From Oopsacas minuta (Eukaryota > Animalia > Porifera): a DNA stretch of 64,000 bases. The notes under the pieces were generated by a model, which searched no databases, was not told where the DNA came from, and saw nothing but the letters and a program-made list of their open reading frames with translations. Positions 52,166-64,000 of the stretch are shown piece after piece; positions within the stretch are counted from its first letter, which is position 1; each line of letters opens with the position of its first letter. The position numbers were made by a program, and so were the translations under genes. The DNA lies in the NCBI GenBank assembly GCA_024704765.1, contig JAKMXF010000305.1, forward strand, positions 162,682-226,681, read 5' to 3'.

Positions 52166-53725
52166 CTATAAAGAGAAGTGGTTAGGCCCTTAAGAATAAT
52201 GTAATTCTGGAGAATAAATTACTTATGTGAAGATATATACAGCCCCATTGTACAAGGAGGCATGTAATGCAATGTAGAATCAATTGATTTATGTCTTTAA
52301 TATCTGATATTGCATTATTTAGACATCCTTTTTAACATAGAAATCAGTGAAAGAATGCGAGATATGCAAAGATAATAAGTGATGGAATAGTAATTAATAG
52401 TGTGATGCGGTCTCGAAATGACTAAACTAGTAATAATAGTAGTATTCATATTATATCCTCAATGCATTCATATATTTCAATCTTATCTAGAATACCACAA
52501 GTAGTACATAGATATAAAATGATTCAATTGCAACGTATTTCGAGGATGTGGTTCTAAATACAAAAGATAGGGGTGAAATGTTACTCTGAATAGTTTGTAG
52601 AGGTGAATATGAAGCCATTTAATAAAATAGTTTAAAAGAAGATGGACTAGCTCGGTTGCACCCTAAAGGCAAGAATTAAATTGATATACCTATGAGTCTA
52701 AAGCTGTTCCAAGAATAAATTCGATTATATATAACTGATAATCCTAATACTTAGCCCAAATATACTTATGGATTTTGAACGAATGCAAAGATAGATAGAA
52801 CAATCCCAATTTAAAATGTCCTTTAACTAGAGATTATCGAGTGAATGTGATAGTTACTTGCTTCAACGACTGTTAATTAAACGATATTTGATTAATATGC
52901 ACTAAGGTTGTTTGTTGAATATTCAAATTTGGAAGAAATTTCATCTGAGAATAAAAGAATTTCAATCATTATACCATAAATCGTCGTCATTTGCAAACTT
53001 TGGGGTGTTCCAGTTACTTCAATCAACTCTGGACATACAAAATATTGATAGATTGGGTAGAACTCTGTTAAGAAATACTCGGCTTAACACGTACTCTGGA
53101 AATAGTTGTACATGTCTAGAAAATTTTCTCCAATCTACTCACTACATTAGAAATGATTAGGTTAATACGTACTCGGATGAGACGTACCAAATATTTCTTC
53201 TCAAAAGAACAAAATACATTGGATCATACTCGGATAAGAGATACTAAATGCTAAGTACAGTATATATCCTGTATATTATCTAATCTGATTTAAATCACAA
53301 TTATGATTGTATATTATTGTTAGAAATCTGGAGAATACAAATTTCTTAATTTTTCTGGGGAATAATTCGTATACTATGTACACAGAATCATACTGATACT
53401 GACAAACTAAGTAATACGTACTGTTTTCGTTTCCCCAAGAAAGTACATATTAACCGAATTCTACTGCATATACATATATATATATATATACATTTGCGCT
53501 TTAATAGTATAGATAGATAAGTAAATTTCAAATTTGAGGATTGTAGGACTGTTTAATATGATATAAGCACAGGCTTTTCTTAAAGGACAAGATGGGAGAT
53601 CAAAAGATCACTGAAAATGATTATTATCCATTATAATGCCTATTTTATGCAAAAAGGGAAAAGATATTAGTGAAAAAAGTATAAAAGTGCGTACTTAAGT
53701 TCGAAATTGAATAACTCTAAGCAGT

Positions 53726-56700
53726 CACAGTGGCACACCCCCTGGAAATTGGTCAAAATTTCAATCCGATATTTAGTAACCATTTAAAGTTCATTGAAAA
53801 GAGAAATATCCAATTACTTGAAATGTCTAAAATTGTTATGATCCATCATTTAGTTTAGGAACAACTGGGATGTATATAAGCATTACAATTTCTTGCTCAG
53901 AAATTATTCTTGAAAACCACAGATATTCATTTATATCAATGAACTTAAATTCCAGTATCTAAGCAACTAATACATTCCAAAGACTTCATTCCACTGCATT
54001 TTCGACTACTCTCTTATTATAGTGATTATATAAGTGGAGTTCAAATAATAAATCCTTAAAATAGCTCAAATATTTTGATAAGTTTTTCTGTTGGATTTCT
54101 GTCGTCACTCAACTTCGAAGTTTGATAACTTCATCTGTCGCGTTCTGTCAAGTTGTCTCCAGAGTTTTATAATATAGCATTTTTAATTCTCTATAAAATA
54201 CAACAATTTCCAGGTTCCCGAAATTCGCGCAAATATAGTTTCAATCACATGAACTTTTGAAATTATCTAACATTTTTAAATATTCTCTTTCAAAATTTAT
54301 ATAAATATTATGGTTGCTTAGCGATATAATCAAAACGCGAAGTTATTTACATTTTTATGCTTGTGTTTACAAAATTCAGCTTGTAATTAATATAAATAAA
54401 TGTTCCCATCACGTATTTTTACAAAGGTTCCATTAAAAAATCAACACTCTTCTACTGTGAGAAAACGTTTCGTCAAAAGTTCCTTAATTCTTAGATTTCA
54501 GAATGTATTTTATAAGCTTATAAAACAAACATGCATATATATATAATCTTACTTTTGCGCTGTATTTACAATTTGCTAATAAATAATATATTAATTATCT
54601 AGAAAATGAACAACCTTCAAGCTTTTCAGTTTTATTGTGAGCATAAATTACTTAGCACCCTTTCAATCGCAGACCAATTTATTTCAACTCATGGTTTTGA
54701 TCGAGATCAGCAAAATTTCTTTCGTCTGAAGTTCAATGATATTCAAAAAGAGAGAGCCTCTTTTCATAAATATTCGGACCTTGATACTTGGAATTCCATG
54801 TGCTTCTGTCCTCTGCCAAAGAAGCCAGGTTAAGTGCCTCTTCTTCATTAACCATTAACTTTGAAGAAGACTTTAATCTTTCAAAAAAGAAATCGCTCGC
54901 TGACTTAACGACCAAAGGTTTGAGAAATCGGCTCTCTTCTCTTAAGTCTCACCTCGAATCAGTCGCTGAAAACGAGCATGTAACTCCAAAGACTCTTGCA
55001 ACTTATCTCTTACTACTTTGTTGCAATGAGGAGCAGGACATGAATACTGCCAATGTTTGTAAAGAGATACTCGAGAAGGGAAACTCATCTCCTATCTACC
55101 CACAATTATCACTTGATAAATCTGCCTTTCTTTTCGATTCGCTTGAGATCGGTAAAACAAAGTATTTAGAACTTCGGCGTACGTTACTATCTGAAGATCT
55201 CAAGTTACCAGGCTACAATAGTGTAGCTAAACATCAGGCTCAAATTAATTTGCTGGATGAGGTGCGTATAATTCATAGAGAATTTCCATGTGGAGTAGGT
55301 ATTTCTTACACCAGACTACTCACCCATACAGTTGAACGAATTGTATCTAACTTAAGTCCTGATAACCTTGTCTATCCGCTGAAAGTTCGAGTATCCGATG
55401 GCTTAGATGGATCTGGGTGTCACCGAGTTTACCAGCAAGCTATATCTAACCCTGACCTCTCGACTAAAACCTTCATTCTATTTGGTTTCAAGGTTAACTC
55501 AATCATAAATGCAAAAGATCATATCCTATGGAAACCTCATCATCCGAATTCGCCATTTTGCACTCGACCAGTTGCCCTCTTAGCCCTACCAGAAAATGAA
55601 GAGAGTGTCAAGTTTTTGATGGACTCATTAAGAAATAACGAAACTTCAACTATCGAAGAGAGTGGTTTGTGTTTACACAACGGAAATGCAGAGGTCAAGA
55701 TCATTAGATCTCATTTCGATACAAAGATGGCAAAAATCTTAAGCGGTGCTGGTGGTGCTAATTGTCGAAATGTGTACTGCAACGTTCCAACAGATACACG
55801 ATATTAGCATAGTTCAAAATGGCTTCCCATAAATAGGACTATCCGTGATGCACGTGATGTATTTGATGGGGTTGATGAGGAAGTATTTTTGTCTTTGCCA
55901 ACAAATCAAAGATTCAATTTAACACATAAACCGATCTCAGAAAAAGACATCATATCAGCTTCTCCTCTACATGCATATTTGAGAACATTTAGTTGGTTCC
56001 TATTATTGATTTGCCATTTATAGTGTGGTGCTATTCAAAAATGGTCACCAACTTCGCCAATAATTCTTGGGGCCAAGAAATTTATTACTAGCCTTATCGA
56101 AGAAAAACTTAGTATATCCATTGACACACCATCAGTCCAAGGAGGAACCACCACAACCGGAAATGTTGTTCGGAGATGCTTCACACGTAGCGATGATACT
56201 GTGCAAGATTTTCTCTATTGGGTATTGACGGTTATTCCTCAAGAGACACATCAGGTTGTCACTACAATCTTTAATAATTTGAGTGCTATCCTGAGATTGT
56301 ATAATAGCAACAGGAAAGTGGATACTGAAGGCCTTGATAACGTATGCCGAGAGACTTACGAATCCATTTTAACCAATTTTTCATGGGCACATGTAACCCC
56401 AACTTTACATAAACTTCTAGCCCATGCACCACAAATAATTGCAGATCATAACGATGGGTTTGGCTTAGAAGACTTATCTGAAGAAGGCCTTGAATCTTGC
56501 AATAAATTGGTCAGGCGATACCGTGAGAGACTCTCAAGAAAATTTAGCTTTGAAGACAACGTTAAAGATGTGTTCGTCAGGCTTATCTTTCAAAGTGATC
56601 CAATATTAGCATCATTTCGTAATATTACCAAAAACGATTCGGAGCCAGATCTAACTGAGTTAAAGAGCTGTCAAGATATTTTGGTGAAGTCTCTAATTAT

Positions 56701-57050
56701 AAATACGTTATAGTTTGCAGTTCAATGAACGGTAGGTCATTTCAACAAGAAATGTGGTCTCATAAGTTTATAAAAATGTACATTAAATAGTGTTAATAAT
56801 ATCAAAACATAAAACATTCAATTTCTGAACCTATAACTCACAAATTGGTTTAATTAAAATCGATAAAGAATCAAAATATTTTTGAATGTGACAATGACGT
56901 CATTACTTTCACCCCCAAAGACTTAGAAAAAATCTAGTTACGTCAATCGATTCCTTCGATACGATTCCCCATATGTCAATAATATAGTTTCTTACGTTAT
57001 CTAGTACCCTAATACCTACTTCCAGGTTTTAGCCATTTCGTGCCACTGTG
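53726..57050 (+). mobile_element. Complete Transib / RAG1-like transposon (3325 bp)
   Basis: Both ends begin CACAGTGGCAC (RSS heptamer CACAGTG). Perfect 5-bp TSD GCAGT (53721-53725, 57051-57055). Single RAG1-core-like transposase. Confidence 0.96.
54606..56713 (+). pseudogene. RAG1-like (Transib) transposase, about 700 aa, 4 visible lesions
   Basis: Catalytic D (GLDGSG, 55406), D (SHFDTKM, 55718) and E (SEEGLESCNK, 56492). Zn-binding NC.MC / SPLH / TLHKLLAH, and TTGNVVRRCF. Lesions: frameshift ~54820, +1 at ~55766, -1 at ~55828, TAG at 56021. Confidence 0.93.
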
Positions 57051-58748
57051 GCAGTTGTTCTTAACCCTATTTGAACCATTTCCTCCTTTGAGGTACCCAA
57101 TTTAGATTTTTCCCCCTGTATCCCAAAACATTGTACTAGGTATAAAATTTTAGATTTTGCTAACCCACTATAGTAATCATAATGTACACAACACGATATA
57201 CTAACTAGGAAAGAGAATGTATGTAAGTGAGACAGCGTAAGATGCTTTCATAACTGCCACAGAGTGTTGCTGAAAACTCACAATTGAATCAAGTTTCGCT
57301 CGCTTAAGACTTGTCATTTTAGTTCAAAAGACTCATGATTTTTCTCTTTCCATTGTGGATATTGCGTTGCAAGGTGCTGTCTCAATTGGAAGGGCTTCAT
57401 GCATCCATTAGGCAGGGTTTTGAAACAAAGCACACATTGCGGAACTTGTAATCCATCTTTGATGGTGATGGTGAAGTCGTGGTTTAAATAGATTTCATCA
57501 TTGGTCCTCTTCTCTGACATTATATTGAATGTAATAAATAACTAAGATGTAGTGAAGGCTTTAAATGTCTATCAGATCGATTTTCTTTACATTTTCTACT
57601 TTTGGATCCAGATTGTTATATTTTTGTCAAGTTAGCATTCATTCTATACATCAAGATTTGGAATCCTGATAAATATACATTTTCAGGTTAGTATCATTCA
57701 AGTTAGTATTGATTTCTATACATCAAGACTCCGAAACATGGAAGAAATAACATTTTACTTTATAGCCTACTTTTTCTGAGATTATTCTACCTTCCCAGAT
57801 CCTCACATTTCCCCCCAGAAATGATGAAATTCCCCCGGTTAAGAACCCCTGCTCTAGAGAATACGACTTAAGTTAGAACTTAATACATAATTTCTTAGTG
57901 AATAAGCAGAGGTTTCACTGAATAAAATAATTGCGAAAGTCAAATGCAAATTTTAAGAAATGATTCTCGATGTGATACTTATTAGATGTTGAGGTGTATT
58001 AGGAAGTACAATATATGTGAAGCAAGGGTGGTTAAACTGTCATACAATGGTATTCAGGGGCCTAAAGAGAATATCGTAAGCATTCGGTTGGGCAAACAGA
58101 ATAATATCAGTATTGGCTTAGGGTACTATTCATGAATACTCTTACTCGGTTCTAGATATTTCAACCTTGGTCCCAACCCATAAAGCGATGAAAATATAAA
58201 ATCAAAAGTATGGAACAACATAGTCTGCACATGTGATACATATTCACAATGAAATGTTAAATGTAACAAGGATGGAATTGCATACAAAGAGGAACTGGAC
58301 GATTCATCTATCTATGTTATTAAAACGCAATTAATCTGTATGTAGATATATGTACATAGATATGTTAGTATGTGAAGAATTGAATGAAGAAACTGGAAGG
58401 TCCATAGGCTGATCTTTGGATTAACCATGGATAATATTATGAATAAAAATTTTCAACTAAAATTCAACGACAAGGCATATTGTGCTGAGTATCTCGAGTC
58501 GCATAGCGACCAAAAGCATCAAAAATGTAGCTGTTTAATACCGAAGCTAACCAGAGACCCTAAGTTGTTGCGCAGGGACCTAGCAACCGAACCGCGCTAT
58601 AACAGATTCACTGCGTTTCAATAATATAGATATGTGTGCATATATATATATATTATTAAAACTCAATTGGTGTGTGAGTGATTATTTGTTTGCCACTTTG
58701 TATTATTATAATAGGAGAAGATGATCTGCGTAAATATATAATATAGGG

Positions 58749-58893
58749 CAGCGGTTCCCAACCTGGGGTCTATGGATCCCTTGTGGTCCACGGGCAACAG
58801 CAGGATCACAGAATCCATTGCAGTTTATGGTAGGGGTTCACAAAATGTGTTAAATTAGTAAGGGCTCCACGGTTGAAAGGTTTGGGATAGCTT
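58749..58893. mobile_element. 145-bp hAT MITE
   Basis: Perfect 8-bp TSD ATATAGGG. TIR CAGCGGTTCCCAACC with a degenerate right copy. Confidence 0.82.
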
Positions 58894-58912
58894 ATATAGG
58901 GAATAATATATA

Positions 58913-60262
58913 CAGGGTGTAACAAAATTGATGTCCTATTGTTTACAATTAATTATTTATAAAACACAGCCACATCAAGTATCTACGAATATATACTATT
59001 TGCTATACCTATGTTAATTCTATTCATAACTAATGATATTTTATTATATTGCAAGATATGACTAACATTTACCCACAAATATGCTAACTCATAATTTCAT
59101 ATTTATCAGCTAATTTTGCGATGGTGAAAGAGCATGCTATTCGAACAGGACACATAGCTATTGGCATGTTATTAGGTGGAAAAACTCAAAGAAACGTGGC
59201 CATTGAATTTGGTACAGATATTCGTACAATACGTAAGTGGTGGGCTAGTTATACACTAGGGAAGTCTCTGAAGAATCTTCCTGGGCGGGGAAGCAAGGAT
59301 TCCATACCCAGAGTTGCAAAAATTGTAATATCCAAGTCTGTTTCTAAAAGGCAACAATCTACAAGGAAATTATCCAAAAGGCTAAAGGTAAAAGGGATCT
59401 CAATCTCACATATGAGCGTTCATCGATACTTAACAAACGTGATTGGGGCAAAAAGTTTTAAAAGACCTGTAAAACCTCGACTAACTGATAAACAGAAAGC
59501 TAACCGAGTTTCCTTTTGTAAAGAGAGAAAATATTGGACTGTAGATGACTGGAGACGTATACTTTTCTCTGATGAGTCTCCATTTGAAATATTTCACACA
59601 CCAAACAGACAAAATGACCGAATTTGGGCAAAAAATAATCTCACATTGTTACCTCAAGAAAAGATAAAATTTCCCTCCAAACTGCGCGTATGGGGTATAA
59701 TGTCCTATTGTGCACTCTCGGACCTTCACATTATACCAGTTGGCTCCACTGTTACCGCTAAATATTATGTTGAGGAAATCCTGACAAAATCCCTTTTGCC
59801 TTCTTTCAAAAGAAAACGAAAAACTGGATCAATCTTGGTACGACAACTTCTCCCAAACATGTCCAATTATATTTTCCAACAGGATGGAGCTCCAGCACAT
59901 CATGCAAAAGTAACACAGGAATGGTGCAAATTAAATCTACAATAGTTTTGGCAGAAGGGTATCTGACCTGGGAACTCCCCTGACTTAAACCCGATTGGAA
60001 ATCTTTGGGCGAAATTAAAAAGCAGGGTCGATGAGATGGAAATGTGTACGAACATTGAAATGCTTGAAAAAACTGTAAAATTGGCATGGTCAGAAATTTC
60101 ACCAGAAATATTGGACAATCTTATAAGTAGCATGCCGAAAAGAATACAAAAGTGTTTGGAATTATCTGGAGCTTATATAGGAAAGTAATTAACATTGTGT
60201 ATTAATGTACAACACCAAATATATATCTACAAAGTATAGGGCATCAATTTTGTTACACCCTG
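58913..60262 (+). mobile_element. Full-length Tc1/mariner-superfamily DD37E element
   Basis: TIR CAGGGTGTAACAAAATTGATG(T/C)CCTAT, TA TSD. Reading frame 59121-60188 (355 codons) has no frameshift but two stops (59943, 59964). Motifs FSDESPF, FQQDGAPAH, PGNSPDLNPI(G). Confidence 0.94.
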
Positions 60263-61239
60263 TACATATATATATCATCCTTCTGTTGACGATATAGGAA
60301 AAGTCAACAATTACATAATCGATATGCTGATTCCGATTTCCACACTTTCGAATTTATGATATGAAAATAAATTTGCTGTTTTTATGAATAAAAAGTAACA
60401 ATAGCTGAATCTCGAAATAAACATAGAGCCTCCTCTCAACAGATATATATGGTAATTAAAGGCGCTGAATCCGAATTTCAAATGTTCAAGTTTTTCTTCC
60501 AAATTTATTGTAGTTTTTATGGATATACGTATAGTAAATAAATAGTTGAAATCTTGTAATATACTAAGAGACTTGTCCCAAAAGTCGTAGGGGTAATCAA
60601 ACACGTTGATTCCGAATATGATATTTTGAACTGCATATTGTGAAAATTTGTTGTTGTTTAGAAGCATAAAGTAAACAATTTTATAAATAATGTACTAAAC
60701 TTGCTTTTACCGGCATTACTATGGTGATCAAGTAAGCTAATTCCAAATATGATAGTTTCAACTACTTGGCGTTAATATTCGTATTTATTTAGCGAATATT
60801 GTTTAATGTAATACTTAGGGTATGCTGATTTGAAATAAGATAACTTCAATTAAATATGTGAATATCTGTTGTTTAGTGTATTAACCCCTTGGTTATAGAA
60901 AAATTTCTTGGAAATTGTTCATAATTAAAATAATAGTATAATACTCATTGATTATCCATACTAATTCTCCTTGGTCAAAAATACATCCCTTAACACTAGT
61001 CAATCATTAGAATAATCTCACATCGATTTATCCTCTACTAATTCCCCTTGGTTACAGATATATCCCTTGGAATTAGTCTAAAATTGCAATAATACTTATT
61101 AATGAATTAATGGGAGTAGTGTTATCAATGTATTTACACAAAAAATGTATGATATAACATATAAATATTGACAAAATTTGGTATTTAGTTTTGAGATCTA
61201 AGATGTCAAAAAGAGAATACTCAAGTTAATTTCGGAACT

Positions 61240-64000
61240 GGAACAGAGAGGGAGCGCATGAGGCGTGAGAATGAGACAGCTGAGGAGCGAGCTATTCGTC
61301 TTGAGAAACAAAAGACGAGAACGATATCACTGAGAGAGGTCCATTCTGATCAATAGCGTGATAAGGACCACAAAAATTAGCATGTATACCAGGCTAACCT
61401 CAGGGAGACTGAGACTGGGGCTGAAACAGCTGGCCGATTGAAATATCACCGAAAGCACCAGTCTAACCTCAGAGAGACTGAGATTGAGGATGAACAGCTG
61501 ACCGTTGGGCTATAAACGAAGACACAAAACTAATCTCAGAGAGATCGAGTATGAGGCTGAAAGATCAAGACGCCTAGACAACAAAGGAAAACACCAAGCT
61601 AGCTTTAGAGAAAACGAGACTAAAGAGAAGAGAATGGTTCGTTTGCAATTACAGACATCTGTAAATACAAGTAGTAAATCACTACAATCTAAGACATTGG
61701 TTCTCAACCGTTTTTCTCCACGGACCTCTTTGGTCCATTGTATGGGGTCCGCGGACCCCCTGCTAATAAATATAACGAAAACATTATTAGGGCCAAAACC
61801 CCAGGTTGAGAACCACTGATCTAAGAGGTATCTAAGTATTGGTTATGATAACATGACCTGTAATTGTTTATTCTCTGAAATCAGATTTTGGAAGGGGCGA
61901 AAAGTTTATCTCCAAGTACCAAATTTTGTTTCAAGTTTTACTCTGCTATGGAGAGGGCAAGTTCTGTCATCCCCCTTGACGAACTCCCAGAGCTTCTACA
62001 TCCTTTCTTAGATCTAATGATATCAGGGTGAAGATTTCAGGAATCGTATAGGAACATACATCTCAATTCTTGCGTTCTGTTGCCTGAGAACAAATACTGA
62101 CAGAGAACTGGCGAACGCCAGGCGTGGAGTATACGCATTCCGAATTCAAGGGGTTATTCATCATTAAATTGGAAAATAGATCGAAAATCGTGACGAGATA
62201 CCTGCTTTTGCACAAATCTATATTCACTACAGTGCCGAAAAAGCTGAATTTGAAAATCACCAGAGACATCTAGGAGAGGTAAAATTCCTGAGCAAAAGCT
62301 CTTGCAGCGAATGCTCCATGAAGTTAGCCACTATGTTTCTTACTTCAAATATGGAGTTGATCTGATGCGAGAACAGGGGAAATTGATATTAGGATGGTTA
62401 TCAGAACTGATGGTAGTCCAGATCCCTGCCGATAAAACCTTCTCACTGTCAGGAAATTGCAGTACCGCTTTCCAGATCTGGATAATCCGAAGCTGTAGGG
62501 AACATAGATATAGTGTCACATCCATATGATGGTGGATAGACGTACTGCACTTATATTAGCTGTTGATTGTTAGCCGCGTGATCAATCTGAAAATGATAAA
62601 ATTGTGTGCAGTGAAATTCCCGATAAGATCCTCGATTCGGCCAAGACAACTGTATAAGATAGTAAATGTTCAACGATGCATGGTCCATGTGATATTGTTA
62701 AGAAAGTGTCTCTTGCATGTGAGATGGTTCATGTTGTTCCATATAATTTCCTAAGATATATTCTAATACAACTACATGCAACACAAATGGTTACCCATTA
62801 TATAGGCGTAGAGACGATTCACGTAAAGCAGAAGGACGAGGCTTAACTTTAACAATAGTCGGGTAAAACTTTATAACCCGTCTTCCAGTTTGTTTAAATA
62901 TAGTTCTCATATTAATGTGGAAATTTGTACTACCATGATAGAGTAACTATTTGTTTGCAAACTTGTGAGCATGCTGGGACTGATCATGCCAAAAATTTAG
63001 ACGAAGTGTTTAATTATCTTGAGGCGCGATATGTTTTTGTGTATGAGGCTAGCTATAGGATATTCTCTTATGAACGTCATTCCAACTTCCCGTATGTGAT
63101 GAGGTTAGCGCTGCATCTTGAGAACCAACAATCTGTTGTCTTTGGAGAACATTTTGGCAAACAACAAATCTTGACAGTTGAAAAACACATTACTTTGATT
63201 AGATGGTTTGTTGCTAACCGAAATTTCCATGTGCTAGGTCACTATCTTTTGCGAATTTCCTGAATTCTTTGTTTTGGATACAACATCGAGAATGGAAGGA
63301 ACAATTGAGAGGACATGGCACCATGATTGATCGAGTGTACTCTGTTCATCTTGGTGAGGAAGAAAGGTTCTATTGAGGATGCTCCTAAACCACGTCACTA
63401 GCTGTACCAGGTGCTAGGATATTTGTACACTTCCCGAAGGTATTATTTATCATTCATTGAAGGGGCTGCATGTAAACTGGACTTCTAGAAGACAATAACG
63501 AGTATGATCTATGGTTATCACTGGAGCTTCATAGAATATTCCTTCCAAGTTGCGTAATCTATTTGTTCCTATCTTGCTCTATAACGATCCTTGTAATCCT
63601 GCGGTTCTTTGGGAAATAAAAGCATTCGTTCTCTAATGATTTCCCCCATCGTGCTAGAATATCTGTTCCCGTTAGTGATGCTGATGAACACATTCTTAAT
63701 GCTGCATTAATGTACAATTCTAAGCGTTTACAATCCCATTGAAAGTCTTTAGCAGATTATCTAGGAATGCCAACACCCAGGTATACCAAGGCTCATACGA
63801 AGAGGTTCTTGTTATCCAACAAGAATTAGATCATGAGGCTTTCAATAGTTGACCATAATGTTCCTTCTTATAATCGTGAACAACATGATGTATTCACTAC
63901 CATTTTGTCAGAGATAAATGACCTAATGCCACATCCATAAGTGTTCTATATTAATGGTACAGGGGGACAGGAAGACATTCTTTTATAATTCACTCTTGGC
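61240..64000 (+). pseudogene. Helitron RepHel pseudogene, running off the window end
   Basis: E/R-rich N-terminal repeats, GVYAFRIQG, MHGPC, GYPLYRRR, YNP...KYSSHINVEIC, DEVFNYLEARYV...RLALHLENQQSVVF, and a Walker A-like G.GGTG(K)TFFYNSLL at ~63955-64000. Many stops. Confidence 0.9.
61695..61818. mobile_element. 124-bp hAT (Charlie-type) MITE inserted in the Helitron
   Basis: TIR CA(T/G)TGGTTCTCAACC, perfect 8-bp TSD ATCTAAGA. Confidence 0.92.

Larger units (their letters stand above)
53722..57851 (-). mobile_element. hAT Buster/Charlie-type non-autonomous element whose left TIR is split by the Transib
   Basis: Reconstructed TIR CAGTTGTTCTTAACC vs right GGTTAAGAACCCCTG. Flanks CTCTAAG / CTCTAGAG. 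ORF 57314..57520 (KRTNDEIYLNHDFT...PQCVLCFKTLPNGCMKPFQLRQHL) is a ZBED8/SCAND3-like BED N-terminus. Confidence 0.8.
58651..60700 (+). mobile_element. Second copy of the 27128-28014 Helitron-like family, interrupted by a MITE and a DD37E element
   Basis: The same TATTATTAAAACTCAATTG start is at 58651. Homology resumes after 60265 (ATGCTGATTCCGATTTCCACACTTT, GGGGTAATC). 3' end not identified. Confidence 0.6.

Noticed and set aside
53737-54605. RAG2-like gene inside or beside the Transib
   Set aside because: The region is too short and AT-rich with no ORF of 60 aa or more; no kelch-like ORF is seen nearby.
60311-60667. 118-aa minus-strand ORF
   Set aside because: It has a low-complexity F/I/N/Y composition and lies antisense within the repeat units of the Helitron-like element.

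Overview
AT-rich eukaryotic (animal-like, non-vertebrate by inference) genomic DNA made almost entirely of nested, mostly dead DNA transposons. It lies within the introns of one host gene on the minus strand, a DOCK-family (DOCK1-5 type) GEF. Three consecutive, phase-compatible DHR-2 exons (52165-51987, 36973-36692, 17749-17599) are separated by introns of about 15 kb and 19 kb. The recognisable TE groups are hAT (several subtypes), pogo/Tigger, mariner DD34D, Tc1-like DD37E, MULE/FLYWCH, CMC-Chapaev3, P, Transib/RAG1-like, Helitron, one Gypsy integrase relic and many MITEs. Standout 1: a complete Transib/RAG1-like element (53726-57050) with RSS-heptamer ends (CACAGTG), a 5-bp TSD, asymmetric bipartite TIRs and a transposase with a RAG1 nonamer-binding-domain-like region but no RAG2-like ORF. 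Standout 2: a second, older RAG1-like relic with a Cys-rich tail. Standout 3: a near-perfect 1252-bp inverted duplication (43163-44414 / 46684-47935) inside an 8-kb, multiply nested MULE. All coordinates and alignments were derived by eye; no searches were run. No rRNA, tRNA or CRISPR array was recognised.
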